Assembly (NCBI RefSeq): GCF_009914755.1
Contig: NC_060941.1
Strand: one strand, 5' to 3'
Length of the DNA: 64,000 nt
Source: the human T2T-CHM13v2.0 reference genome, Homo sapiens
Below, piece after piece: positions 26,984-39,513 of this stretch. The translations under genes and the position numbers were made by a program. The notes below the pieces were generated by a model that was not told the origin of the DNA, searched no databases, and was given only the letters and a program-made list of their open reading frames with translations. Every line of letters starts with the position of its first letter. Position 1 is the stretch's first letter.

Positions 26984-27435
26984 TGAGAATATGAAATTCT
27001 CTTAAGTTCAAGAAAGAAGGCAGAAAATAGACTGCTGTTTGACCCTAGATTCAAGCACTAAACAATCCAACGCAGAGCTTGTTTAGCCCCGGTCAGTCAC
27101 TAAAAACTTCAAAGTGACTTCTCAGTCATTTAACCCTCTAAGTATGTATCTAGGTATAGTAACAGTTCCTTCAAAGAAGAAAAAGAATCTGACCACTTTG
27201 ACCGAACCAGGCTTGTGAAGTAATATAAATCTCTTACAGGCCAGTAAGAGAAATACTGATCATATTAAGAGACACAAAGAGCTTTTTGCCTGAATGAAAA
27301 AAGAGTGTTTTAACTTCTTTAAATGATTCAATTCAAAGTACTATGTTTACTCCATGTTTACTCTTAGGCCTTGACTCATCTGAGCACACTTTCGTATCCT
27401 TTTCTCAGGATTTGTGGGGTTTACTTGAGTTTTCA
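26984..27435 (+). mobile_element. Probable solo LTR, family not recognised
   Basis: About 450 bp, TG...CA termini, tataaa at ~27225; interrupts L1ME-like sequence; no clear TSD. Confidence 0.4.
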
Positions 27436-27718
27436 TAGAGGAGTTTGATACTAGCTTTTATTATACTTATTTTTGTATATTGTACAATTTCCATGTTTAA
27501 TGTCTTCATTGGCCCAAAGTGATGTAACAGACATTGAATTTTAATCAAGTTCCAGGGCTTATTTGTAGTGGAGCTCAGATCCATAAATGGGAATAAATCA
27601 TACCCTTTAATTTATGGAACTCTGCAATCATTGGTTCTTGTACAAACTAAATTGCTTTTTAGATTTTTTTACTTTATTATTATTTCTCTTTGCTCCCACA
27701 AGCACAGGTATCTATCTA

Positions 27719-27833
27719 TGGAAGGTCTCTGATTTAGGATGGTTTGACCTAAAGATTTTTTTCTTAATGTTATTTTTTGATTTGCTGATAGGTTTATCAG
27801 GATGTGACCCCATGGTAAGTCCAGCAGCACCTG
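27719..27833 (-). mobile_element. MER47/Tigger5-like short derivative
   Basis: Reverse complement caggtgctgctggacttaccatggggtcacatcctgataaacc; both termini within ~115 bp. Confidence 0.7.
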
Positions 27834-28094
27834 TGTTTAAATAATGTTCTTCATAATATGAGTATTTTGTTTTCACATTATTGAGTTTTGAGAATGCTTT
27901 ATGTATTCTGAATATGAGTTCTTTATCAGATTTGCAATTATTTTCATTTTTTTCTTTATCACTATCAGCTTATTTAAAAGTTTATCTTCTCCCTCTTTTC
28001 ATCTCTTTGAATCATTTTTATAATTTCTTCCTAAAATATTTACTTTAATGTTGTTATTTTGTTAGAAATATAGAGTGTGCTTATTCCATTTTCT

Positions 28095-28398
28095 TTATTT
28101 TTATTTTTAAATTTATTATTAATTAATTTATTTATTTTACTTTAAGTTCTGGGATACAAGTGCAGAACGTGCAGGTTTGTTACATAGGTATACATGTACC
28201 ATGGTGGTTTGCTGCACCTATCAACCTGTCATCTAGGTTTTAAGCCCTGCGTGCATTAGGTATTCGTCCTAATGCTTTCCCTCCCCTTGCCCCCCCGGCC
28301 CCCGACAAGCCCCAGTGTGTGATGTTCCCCCCCCATGTCCATGTCTTCTCATTTTCAACTCCCACGTATGAGGGAGAACACGCAGAGTTTGGTTTTCA
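28095..28398 (-). mobile_element. L1PA (PA7/8-like) short 3' end
   Basis: ttttactttaagttctgggatacaagtgcagaacgtgcagg 3' UTR. Confidence 0.9.
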
Positions 28399-29337
28399 TA
28401 AAACTACATCTAGAGTATATCCTCTAGGTCGATTTTTACTATTTGTTTTGTTTTTCAGATTTTTAATGGTATCTGTACATAAATTCAATTTATCTTATTC
28501 AGTTTATATGGATTTTTTTTTATTGGAGCTTACCTGTCTAGTTCTGCCATTTGCTTAAAAATAAAGTGGGGATGGACATCTGTGAGAGTTGAGTTAGCTA
28601 AGGGATTCATTTTTGTATACAATCTCAGGGAATGTGAAAATTATGCTGTGACATGTGGTGTAGATATACACATCAATGGAACCGGATGGAGAGGTCATAA
28701 AGAGACCCACAGTTACATGACTAATCAATTCAAAGATGCCAAGGTGATTCATTGGAAAATTTTTTTTTCATCATGAATTGCTGGAAAAATGTTGAGCGAA
28801 CACTTCACCAAGGAGAGATAGATTCAGGAAGAGATGGTGGAAAAAATGTTCAGCACGGTAGTTCTTTGAAAATTGCAAATTAAAATACCAAAATAATATT
28901 TCACTACACATTTACTAAAGAAGCTGATTTTTTTTAAAGAAAGAAACAGGCAATACAAAGTGTATGCAAGGCTGTGACACCATTGGCACTCTAATGTTCT
29001 GTTGGAAGAATGCAAAATGTATTCAGCAACAACAAGGAACCAACTACTGATATATGCCACAACAGGAATGAAGTTTAAAAACATTATGCTAAGCAATGAA
29101 GCCGGACTAAAAATGTACATGCTAAATGTTTTCATTTATATAATATTCTAGAATATGCAAAGTATAGGGACAAAGATCAGATCATCACTTGCCAAGGACT
29201 GAGAGTAGAATTTGAGAGACTGACTACAAAAAGGAATAAGGTAATTTTGCAAAGTGCTTGAAATATTTCATATCATGATTATGTTGTTTGTTATACATCC
29301 TGTGTTACATTTCTGAAGCCTAATGGAAGTGTACATC

Positions 29338-29733
29338 TGTGTTATTGCTATAAAGAACTACCTGAGACTGGGTAATTTATAAAGAAAATAAGTTTAATTG
29401 GCTCCATAGTTCTGCAGGCTGTACTGAAGGTACAGTACAGCCCTTATAATGGCCTCAGCTTTTGTAGTGTCATCAGGAAGCTTCCAATAATGGCAGAAGG
29501 CAAAGGAAGAGCAAGCATCTCACATGATGGCAGCAGGAACAATAGAGAGAGCAACCAGATCTTGTGATAGCTCACTCACTATCATAAGAACAGCACCAAG
29601 AGGATGTTGTCAAACCATTCATGAGAAATTCACCCCCATGATCCAATCACCTCCCATAAGGCTCCAACTCCAACATTGAGGATTACAATTCCACATGATA
29701 TTTTGGTGAGGGTCACAGGTCTAAACCATATGA
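29338..29733 (-). mobile_element. MSTA/MSTB MaLR LTR
   Basis: ctataaagaactacctgagactgggtaatttataaag; TSD acatc / aaatc. Confidence 0.9.
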
Positions 29734-29970
29734 AAATCTAAAAACAGATGAGTATTCATTCTTCTGCAAGTGGGTATTCAGTTTTCCCAAAAACTATTTT
29801 GTGAAGAGGCTTTCCTTTTAAAATTATTTCTTGTACCTTGGAAGAAAATCAATAGACCATTAATGCATGGGTTTATTTCTTGGGTTTCTATTTTGTTCCA
29901 GTGGTTGGTTTGCCTGTTTTAATGCCAATACTGTGCTGTTTTGATTATTATAGCTTTCTGATATATTTTA

Positions 29971-30694
29971 TTTACCTATTGATAGGTAAATTTATAAATA
30001 TTTACCATGTACAACGTAATGATTTGAAGTACCTATACATTGTGGAATGACTAAATCTAGCTATATTAGCATATATATTACTTCACATAGTTATCTTTTT
30101 ATGCTAAGAACACTTAATATGCACTCTCAGCACTTTTCAAGAATACAACATATTTTTAATGATAGTAACCATGTTGTACAGTAGCCCTCTTGCACTTGTT
30201 CTTCCTATCTAATTGAAATCTTATACCCTTTGAAAATTCTCCAGTGCTCCTCCCAAATACCCCAGCCCTGGTAGCCGCCATTCTATTCCCTACTTCTATG
30301 AGATTATATTTTTTAGATTCCACATGTTAAGTGAGATAAGTGAGTGATATGTGTATTTGGCACTTTGTTTATTTCACTGAACATAACGTTCTCCATTATG
30401 TTCTATCCCTGTTGTCATAAATGACAGAATTTTCTTTTTTAAAAAGGGCTTAATAGAATTTAATTGTTTATGTATTTCACATTTTCTTTATCCATTCATC
30501 CATTGATGAACATTTAGTTTGATTCATATATTGGTCATTGCCAACAATACTGCAATAAACATGAAAGTACAGGCATTTCTTTGACATACTACTTTTATTT
30601 CCTTTGGATTTTCACCCATTAGAAGGATTGCTAGATAATGTTATAGTTCTATTTTAATTTTTTTGAGGGAACTTTATACTGTTTTTCGTAATTG
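29971..30694 (-). mobile_element. L1MA8-like 3' end nested in L1MA
   Basis: tatacattgtggaatgactaaatctagct 3' UTR; TSD tgatatatttta / taatatatttta. Confidence 0.8.
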
Positions 30695-31576
30695 TAATAT
30701 ATTTTAAAATTAGGCAGTGTGATGCTTCCAGCTTTGTCTCTGTTTGAATTTTCTTTTTGTTTGGCTCAAAAGTGCTTTTATTAGTCAAGGTCTTTTGTGT
30801 TCCCATAAAAATTTTAGAATTTTTTTAATTCTTTGAAAATTTACATTGGAATTTTGATATAGATTGCTTTGAATCTGTAGATCAGTTTGGTAAGTATGAA
30901 CATTGAACAATATTAATTCTTCTAATTTATGAACATGACATATCTTTCCACTTATTTGCATCTTCTTCAGTTTCTTTTACCAGTGTACAGATCTTTCAAC
31001 TCCTCAGTTAAATTTATTCTAAATATTTTAATTTTTGTAGCTATTGAGAATGGGATTTTAAAACTTTTTTTTCAGAGAGTTCACTGCTAGTGTATACAAA
31101 TGCCATTAATTTTTGTAGGTTGATTTTCTACCTTGCAACTATACTAAATTTGTTTACTAGTTCTAACAGTTTTTTGGTAGAGGATTTGGGATTTCAATGT
31201 ATAAAATCATGTAATCAGCAAAAAAAGACATTTTTACTTTTTTCTTATTTGGAGGCCTTTTATTTCTTTTTCTTGCCTAGTTTCTCTGGCTAGGATGTTG
31301 TGCATCATGTTAAATAGAAGTTGTGAGAGTAGGCATCCTTGTTTTATCCATGATCTTACAGGAAAAGTTTTTGATTTTTCACTATTGAATATGAAAAATG
31401 AAACTGGACCATTATCTCCCACCATATACATAAAAGAACTAAAATAAATTTAAAAACTTAAACATAAGGTCTGAAACTGTTAAACTGCTAGAAGTAAACA
31501 TAGCAAGAAAGCTTCACAATATTTGTCTAGGCAATAATTTTTTTTGCATTTGACCCTAAAAGCACCGTAAGCAAAA

Positions 31577-31578
<2 letters not shown>

Positions 31579-31628
<50 letters not shown>
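31579..31628. repeat. (CA)25
   Basis: Direct read. Confidence 0.97.
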
Positions 31629-31630
<2 letters not shown>

Positions 31631-31685
31631 GTAAAGTAGAATTTCATCCAACTAAAAAGTTTCTACAGAGCAGAAACAGTTAACA

Positions 31686-32265
31686 GCCAGGTGTGGTGGT
31701 CTGAAACTGTGGTCCCAGCTACCCAGGAGGCTGAGGTGGGAGGGTGGTGTGTTAGTATGTTTTTATACTGATTTAAAGAACTGACCGAGCCTGGGTAATT
31801 TATAGAAGAAAGAGTTTTAATTGACTCACAGTTCAGCATGGCTAGGGAGGCCTCAGGAGACTTACAATCATGGTGGAAGGTGAAAGGGCAGCAAAGCACT
31901 ATCCTGGCAAGGTGGCAGGAAGGAGAAGTGCCCAGTGAAGGGGGAACAGCCCCTGATAAAACCATCAGATCTTGTGAGAACTCACTCACTATCACAAGAA
32001 CAGCATGGAGGAAATCACTCCAAAGATTCAGTTACCTCCACTGGGTCTTTCCATTGACATATGGGGATTATGGTGATTATGGAGATTATGAAGATTACAA
32101 TTCAAGATGAGATTTGGGTGGGGACACAAAGCCTAACCGTATCAGAAGGCTTGAGCCTAGGAGGCAGAGGTGGCAGTGAGCTGAGATCTTGCCACTGCAC
32201 TCCAACCTGGGTGTCAGCATGAGAGGCTGTCTCACAAAAAAAAAAGAAAGAAAAGGAAAAAAAAA
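31686..32265 (+). mobile_element. FRAM/AluJ right monomer split by an LTR
   Basis: gccaggtgtggtgg...ctgaggtgggagggtgg|LTR|gaaggcttgagcctagg...poly-A; TSD gaaacagttaaca / gaaacaattaca. Confidence 0.88.
31748..32144 (-). mobile_element. MSTA/THE1D MaLR LTR
   Basis: TG...CA termini; gcctcaggagacttacaatcatgg; gagatttgggtggggacac. Confidence 0.92.
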
Positions 32266-32346
32266 GGAAACAATTACAGAGTGAAGAGAACCTAGGGATG
32301 TGGGAAAAAAGTATTTGTAATGTATACATCTGAAAAAGATTAATCT

Positions 32347-32350
<4 letters not shown>

Positions 32351-32401
<51 letters not shown>

Positions 32402-32410
32402 ATGTATATA
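32351..32410. repeat. (TA)19 plus degenerate extension
   Basis: Direct read. Confidence 0.96.
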
Positions 32411-32445
32411 AACACAAAAAATAGCCAAAAAGAAACAACCCAGTT

Positions 32446-34865
32446 TACCTGATACAAAAACCAGTTAAGGATACAATAACAACAAAAAGAATATTACAGG
32501 CCAATATTCCTGATAAACTTAGGAGCAGAAATTCTCAAAAAGATATTAGCAAATCAATTTCTCAACAACACATCAAAAAGAAAGTGTACCATGACCAAGT
32601 GGGGTTTATTCCAGGGACACAAGAATGGTTCAACATATGCCAATCAACAAATGTGATACATCACTTCAACAAAATGAAGGACAAACACCATATGATCGTC
32701 TCAATAGACCCAGAAAAAAAAGCATTTGATAAAATCCAACATCTCTTCATGATAAAGCCTCTCAACAAATTAGGCATAGAAGGAACATACATCAACATAA
32801 TAAAGCCCATATGTGACAAACCTACAGCTAATATCAAACTGAATGAGGAAAATGTGAAAGTCTTCCTGTAAGAATTGGAATAAGACAAAGATGAACACTT
32901 TTACCACCCTTATTCAACAGTGTACTTGAAGTCCTAGCCAGAGCAATCAGACAAGATAAAACAAACAAAGCATCAAAATTGAAAAAGAGGAATTCAAATT
33001 GCTCCTTTTTGCAAATGACATGATCTCATATATAGACAAATCTAAAGATTAAGCCAAAAAACTCTTAGAGCTGATAAATGTATTTAATAAAGTTTCAGAA
33101 TACAAAATCAACCTACAAACAAATATCAGTAGTGTTTCTATACACCAATAACCACCTAGCTAAAAAAGAGATCAAGAATGCAATCTCATTTTAAATTGCT
33201 ACAAAAATACTTAGGAATAAATTTAACCAAGGAGATAAAAAACCTCCTCAACAAATACTACAAAACACTAATAAAAGCAACGCAAGATAACACACACAAA
33301 ATGGAAAGATATCTATGTTCATGGATCAGAATTAGTATTGTTAGAATAGCTATACTACCCAAAATAATCTACAGATTGAATACAGTTCCTATCAAAATAC
33401 CAGTGACATTCACAGAAATTAAAAAAATCATAAAACTCTTATGGAATGACAAAAGACCCCAAATAGCCAAAGTAATATTGAGCAAAAAGAACAAAACTGG
33501 AGGCATCACACTCCCCCACTTCAAAATATACTACAAAACTGTAGTATTTGAAAGAGCATGGTATTGATATAAAAACAGACACATAGACAAGCAGAACAGA
33601 ATAGAGAATCAAGAAATAAATGCATGTATTTATAGCCAAATGATTTTCGACAAAAGCATCAAGAATATACACTGGGGAAAGGATACTCTCTTCAAAAAAC
33701 GGTACTAGGAAAATTGGATATCAACTTGCAGAGAAGCCTAGTTAAATCCCTATCTCTCACCATTTACAAAAATAAAATCAAAAGGGATTAAAAACTTTAC
33801 TGAAAAACCTGAGGCTGTGAAACTACTAGAAGAAAAAATAGGTGTAATGCTTCAGGGCAATGGCCTAAACAACCATTTCATGAATAAGACTTCAAAAGCA
33901 TAGGCAACAAAAGCAAAAATAGACAAATAAGATTACATCAAGCTGAAAAGCTTCTGCATGGCAAAGGAAGCAGTAAAGAGTGAAGAGACAACCTGCAGAA
34001 TAAGAGAAAATATTTGCAAACCATTCATCTGACAAGAGACTAATGTGAAGAAAATATAGGAAACTCAAACAACTCTATAGCAAAATTATAATAGTAAGAA
34101 TAATAATATTTTTCATTAAAAAGTGGGCAAAAGATCTGAGTAGACATTTCTCGAGTGAAACATATGAGGGGCGAGTATATGAGAAAATACTCACCATCAC
34201 TAATCATTAGGTAAATGAAAATTAAAATTACAATTAGCTGTTATCCCAGTTAGAATAGCTATTATCAAAAGCACAAAAAATAATACATGCTGGTGAGAGC
34301 ACAACTAAAAAATAAAACAAACAAACTTGTGTATGCTGTTGGTAGAAATGTAAATTTTAATGCCATTATGGAAAACAATATACAAGTTTCTCAGAAAAGT
34401 AAAAATAAAACTGCATACATTTCAGAAATCTCATTACTGTTTATCCAAAAAATGAAAAATTATTATACCAAAGTGATACCTGCACCCATATGTTTATTGT
34501 AGCACTATTCACAATTGCCAGAATATGGAATCAACCTAAGTGGTCAACAAGTGAATGTACACAGAAAATGTGGGATATATATATAGTAGAATAATATTTA
34601 GCCATAAAAAAGAATGGAATTCTGTCATTTGTAGCAACATGGATGAAACTGGACTTCATTATGATAAGTGAAATGAGCCAGTCACAGAAAGACAAATATT
34701 GAATTTTCTAGCTCAGATGTGGAAACTAAAAAAGTTGATCTCACGGGGGTAGAATCTCATAAAAAGTAGAATAATGCTTACCAGGGGCTGGGGAAAGTGG
34801 TGATGGGGGAAGATAAAAAGAAGTTAATTTCTGGGTATAAACATGTAATTAGAACTAGTGTTTGA
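32446..34865 (+). mobile_element. L1MA ORF2 (RT to C-terminus) and truncated 3' UTR
   Basis: HDQVGFIPGTQEWFNI, HMIVSID.EK.AFDKIQH, ttttgcaaatgacatgatc (FADD-like), YLGINLTKE; many disablements. Confidence 0.9.
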
Positions 34866-34869
34866 GGGA

Positions 34870-35147
34870 CATTATTTTATTATTTTTTATAGCTATGTAG
34901 CATTCCATGGTGTATATGTACCACATTTTCTTTATTTAATCCACCATTAATGGGCACCTAGGTTGATTTCATGGTTTAATATTGTGAATAGCTTGACGAT
35001 GAGCATGTGAGTACATGTGTCTTTTTGGTATAATGATCTATTTTCCCTTGGGTATATACCCAGTAATGGGATTTCTGGGTCAAATGGTAGTTCTGTTTTA
35101 AGTTTTTACAGAAATCTCCAAACTGCTTTCCATGGTGGCTGAACTAA
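34870..35147 (-). mobile_element. L1PA/PB ORF2 3' fragment
   Basis: ttccatggtgtatatgtaccacattttc...gaaatctccaaactgctttcc. Confidence 0.8.
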
Positions 35148-35317
35148 GAGAGAGTGCCGAGCAAAGAGGAAAAAGCCACTTATAAAACCATCAGATCTCG
35201 TAATAACTCACTCACTGTTATGAGAACAGAATGGGAGTAACACCCCCATGATTCAATTACTTCCCACCAGGTCCCTCCCATGACACATGGGGATTATGGG
35301 AAATACAATTTAAGATA
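35148..35317 (-). mobile_element. THE1 LTR internal fragment
   Basis: cttataaaaccatcagatctcg...ggtccctcccatgacacatggggattatggg; both ends missing. Confidence 0.85.
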
Positions 35318-35735
35318 CTGATTATTTTAATCCATGAGCCTGGACTGTTTTATCATTTATTTTTGTCTTCTCTGATTTAGTTCAGCAGTGTTTTGTAGTT
35401 CTCCTTGTAGAGCTCCTTCACCTCCATGGTCAGCTGTATTCCTAGATATTTCATTTTTCTGTGGCAATTGTAAATGGGATTGTGTTCGTGATCTGACTCT
35501 CAGTCTAGACATTTATTGATGTAGAGAAATGTCACTGATTTTTGTCCATCAGTTTTGTATTCTGAAACTTTACTAAGATTATCTGTCATTTCTAGTAGCC
35601 TTTTGGCAGAATCTTTTAGGGTTTTCTAAGTATAGAATCATACTGTCAGTGAAAAGACATAGTTTGACTTTTTCTTTTCTTATTCGGATGTCGTTTGTTT
35701 CTTTCTCTTGCCTGATTGCTCTGGATAGGACTTTC
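35318..35735 (-). mobile_element. L1PA/PB ORF2 RT fragment
   Basis: tattcctagatatttc, ttttctaagtatagaatcat, tctcttgcctgattgctctgg. Confidence 0.8.
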
Positions 35736-36051
35736 TAAATAGATACTTCTTAGAAGAAAACAAATGGCCAAGTATCTGAAAAAATGTTCAGCATTCCTTA
35801 TCATCAGGGATATGCAAACTAAACTACAATGAAATATCACCTCATACCTCTTAGAATGACTATAAGAGAATCCTTGTACACTGTTGATGAGCGTAAATTA
35901 ATACCTCTTAGAATGACTATTGTCAAAAAATTTTAATGACAAGTAGTTGGATAGGTTGTGGAAAAAAGAGAATCCTTGTACACTGTTGATGAGCATAAAT
36001 TAATGAGGCCTATATAGAAAAAAGCTGAAAATAGAATTAACATATGATCCA

Positions 36052-36432
<381 letters not shown>

Positions 36433-37719
36433 TTAAATCATTTTGTCAAAGAGATACATGCCCTCTCATGTTCATGGCAGCAGTATTCACAATAACCAGA
36501 TACAGAATCAACCTAAGTGCCCATCAGTACATTAATAGATAAAGAAAATTTGGTATGTATACACAATGGAATACTATTTAGCATTTTTGAAAAAGGAAAT
36601 CCTAGCATTGATAACAACATTAATAAACCCAGAAGACATTATGTTAAGTAGAATAAGCCAGTCACAGAAAGACAAACATTGCATGATCTCACTTATATGT
36701 GGAAGCTAAAATAGATGATCTCATAGAGGGAGAGAGTAGCACGATGGTTATTAGAGGCTGGTAAGAGGAAGGGTCATGGTGGAGAGGAATGGGGAGATGT
36801 TGGTCAAAGGGTGCAAAGTTTCAGTTAGATAAGGAAAAATAAGTTTTTGAGATCTATCGCACAGCAGGATGAGTATAGTTAATAATTTTATATTGTATAT
36901 TTTGTAATTTCTTAGAATGTAAATTTCAAATGTTCTCATTGAAAACAGGTAATATTCTAACCAAAAAATATGATGTGATGTGATGAGTATGTTAATTAGC
37001 TTGACTTCATCATTCTGCAACATATACATATATCAAAAATTACAGCATAGCTCATAAATATATTCAATTGTTATTTCCCAATTTAAAAAGAAGATGAGTT
37101 TTACTGATATAAATTACACCTCAGTAAGCCTGAATTAATAAAAAATATGTTGGGATAACTCTTGTAGGGACATTTCCCTCCTCACTTATTGATGTATCTT
37201 ACTTTATATGTTCAAATTATATTTTTGTTAACCTCTTTATTGATCAATATTCCTACTAAAAGGCAAGTTCCTCACACACATTCCTTGTCCATTAAGATGT
37301 TTCTGGTGTGTAGATGAATGGCTGACACTTAGAAAGTGCTCTTTTGTCAAGTTTTATCCTGAGGAATAGTTTAGAGTTAAATTTTCTATATTTAATTGAT
37401 TATTATCAACAACTACAAAAATGGTAGCATTTTTTTGCTTTCAATTTTGCTTTCACTTCAGGACTAAAAGAAAAAAAATAAATGAAAAAATAATAAATAA
37501 AATGAATGAGTTTTCCAGGTGGTGCCTCTTTCAGCTTCCTCTCTTCTGTCATACTGTGTTGTAAAACTGAGCCTCTAATAGAACATACCTTTCTCCTTCC
37601 CTGACCAAATATATTCTAAATATGTATTGTTGCAATAAAAGATGAGTTCAGGGCCCTTATGTGGACTCTCTCTTTTAAAGAAATCTGCAGTCTTTTAGAG
37701 ATTTGTGTCATCAAGAATC

Positions 37720-37850
37720 ATTTCTATCCATTGAACAATATGGTTAATAACATCTACTCTTCAGGCTTGCAGTAAGATTAAATGAGATGGATATATAATG
37801 TACCAGGTCCAATGATTAGCAGGAAGTATTATTCAGTAAGTGTATTACTT
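37720..37850 (+). mobile_element. MIR 3' fragment
   Basis: ttgcagtaagattaaatgagatgg. Confidence 0.6.
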
Positions 37851-39079
37851 CAATAAATATTCAATATATATCCTCTTCTTCCAAGCTCTCTCTTTGGACA
37901 TAACAAAATAATACCCTTAAATATTAGAAAAGAAAATTTAGTCCTTTCTGTCTCAATTTCTTAAAAATTAGAAAAAGATTTTTATTTTCTTTCTGGTGAC
38001 TTCACTGAACACAAAGATCAATGTTATCTCTACAGCCAATGAAATCCAGGAATAATTTTCTGCAATGATTAATTGGTATTTTTAAGTCTTTCATTCTTAT
38101 TAATGTTTTCTGTACATATATTCTACCTCAAGACAGCACCCACCATTCATGCTCTAAACTCCTCAAGGACAAAAGCCCTGTATTATGTGTGTTTGGATCT
38201 CAACCTTGATGCTGTATATGTTTTAGGTTTTCGAAAAACATGTTGAATTGTTGACTAAACTGTTGGAAAGCATTCAGTTATACACTCAGAAATTGATTAT
38301 CAAAGGAGAAGAAGTATTTTAAAAGAAATTTGCTTCAAATTTTGGCAGTATTAATTCATATTTAAGACCATTGAGTAGGGATATTCAAGAAGTTTTTCCT
38401 TTAATCGTCATAAGGTGTAAGTCCCCTTGACATTATAAACAATTATTCATGCAATGAAGACAGGTCGACCTGTTTTGGAAAGGGCAGCCAGCTCATTTTT
38501 CTTTCTTGCCTAGTCTAGTTCTATTTTGGACTCAGGAAATGAGGAATTACTTTACAAAGAATGGGACATTCTCTGAATTCCTCTGAGCTCTATATTGAAC
38601 ATCCAAACCAAAAATAAAAGAAAAAAATATATAATTAAATAAATAGCAATACATTTATTATCTTTCTTTCACTCTTCTCAAATCTACCTCCAAAATAAAA
38701 AAAGAAGTTATCCCATCACTAATTATTTTAGAAGGCAGTGCCTGAACTCTATAATTAAACTTCATTTTCCAAATTATATATATATATTTAAAATTTTAGC
38801 TGTACATTTCTGATCATAAATTTGTTTTCTCTACATCACTTTAATAAGTTTCCTTGTGCTGTGAATAGTCTGTTTTGCCCATGTACATGGTGCTTGCAGA
38901 CTTTAGTTAATGATTAAAAGAGATAGGCAGATAATGTAACTTAGCCAAGGGCTTGACGAGAGCATTATTCAGTAAATATCTGTCCTTACTCCTCTAATCT
39001 GTTCTCCTGCTCTGCTCTCCTGGAGGTCCTACCACAAATTCATATACAATCAGTGCTCATATGATTTTATATTCTATGT

Positions 39080-39513
39080 TTATATATATCCACTTGAAGG
39101 ACCGGATACAGTAAAGGGAGTAGATGAAACACACGTGACAATAAAACCCTGACCCACAATGTCTGCACTTACCAATCCAGAAAGCCAAACTACATTCGCA
39201 GCAGTCGAGAATAGTAAGGACTTGTCAGCTTCCCTGTTTGCAATTAAGACTAAATAGAGACAGCCAAATATACTCTTCAAACCAATCACACAGAATGTCC
39301 CACTTTTTGTTAGCCTGACTTCAGCTTCCCCATGCTAACAACTTCTAATCGGAGCATACCTGAAGCCTTCTTTCTCTTTTCCACTATAAATCTTGTGCAC
39401 TTTGCTGTCTTTGAGTATCTGCCTAACAGTGCTGATAGTTGACTTCTTTACCATAGCAAGCTGTGAATAAATAATCTGTTTATTTTCATTTTGATGATCT
39501 TCATTTATTTTCA
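39080..39513 (+). mobile_element. MER77/MER21-like ERVL solo LTR (5' boundary uncertain)
   Basis: aaccaatcacacag, gagcatacctgaagccttc, actataaa, atagcaagctgtgaataaa, ending tttca. Confidence 0.6.

Noticed and set aside
32061-32096. YGDYGDYGDYED peptide repeat in ORF 31838-32110
   Set aside because: Translation of a 9-bp tandem repeat inside a MaLR LTR
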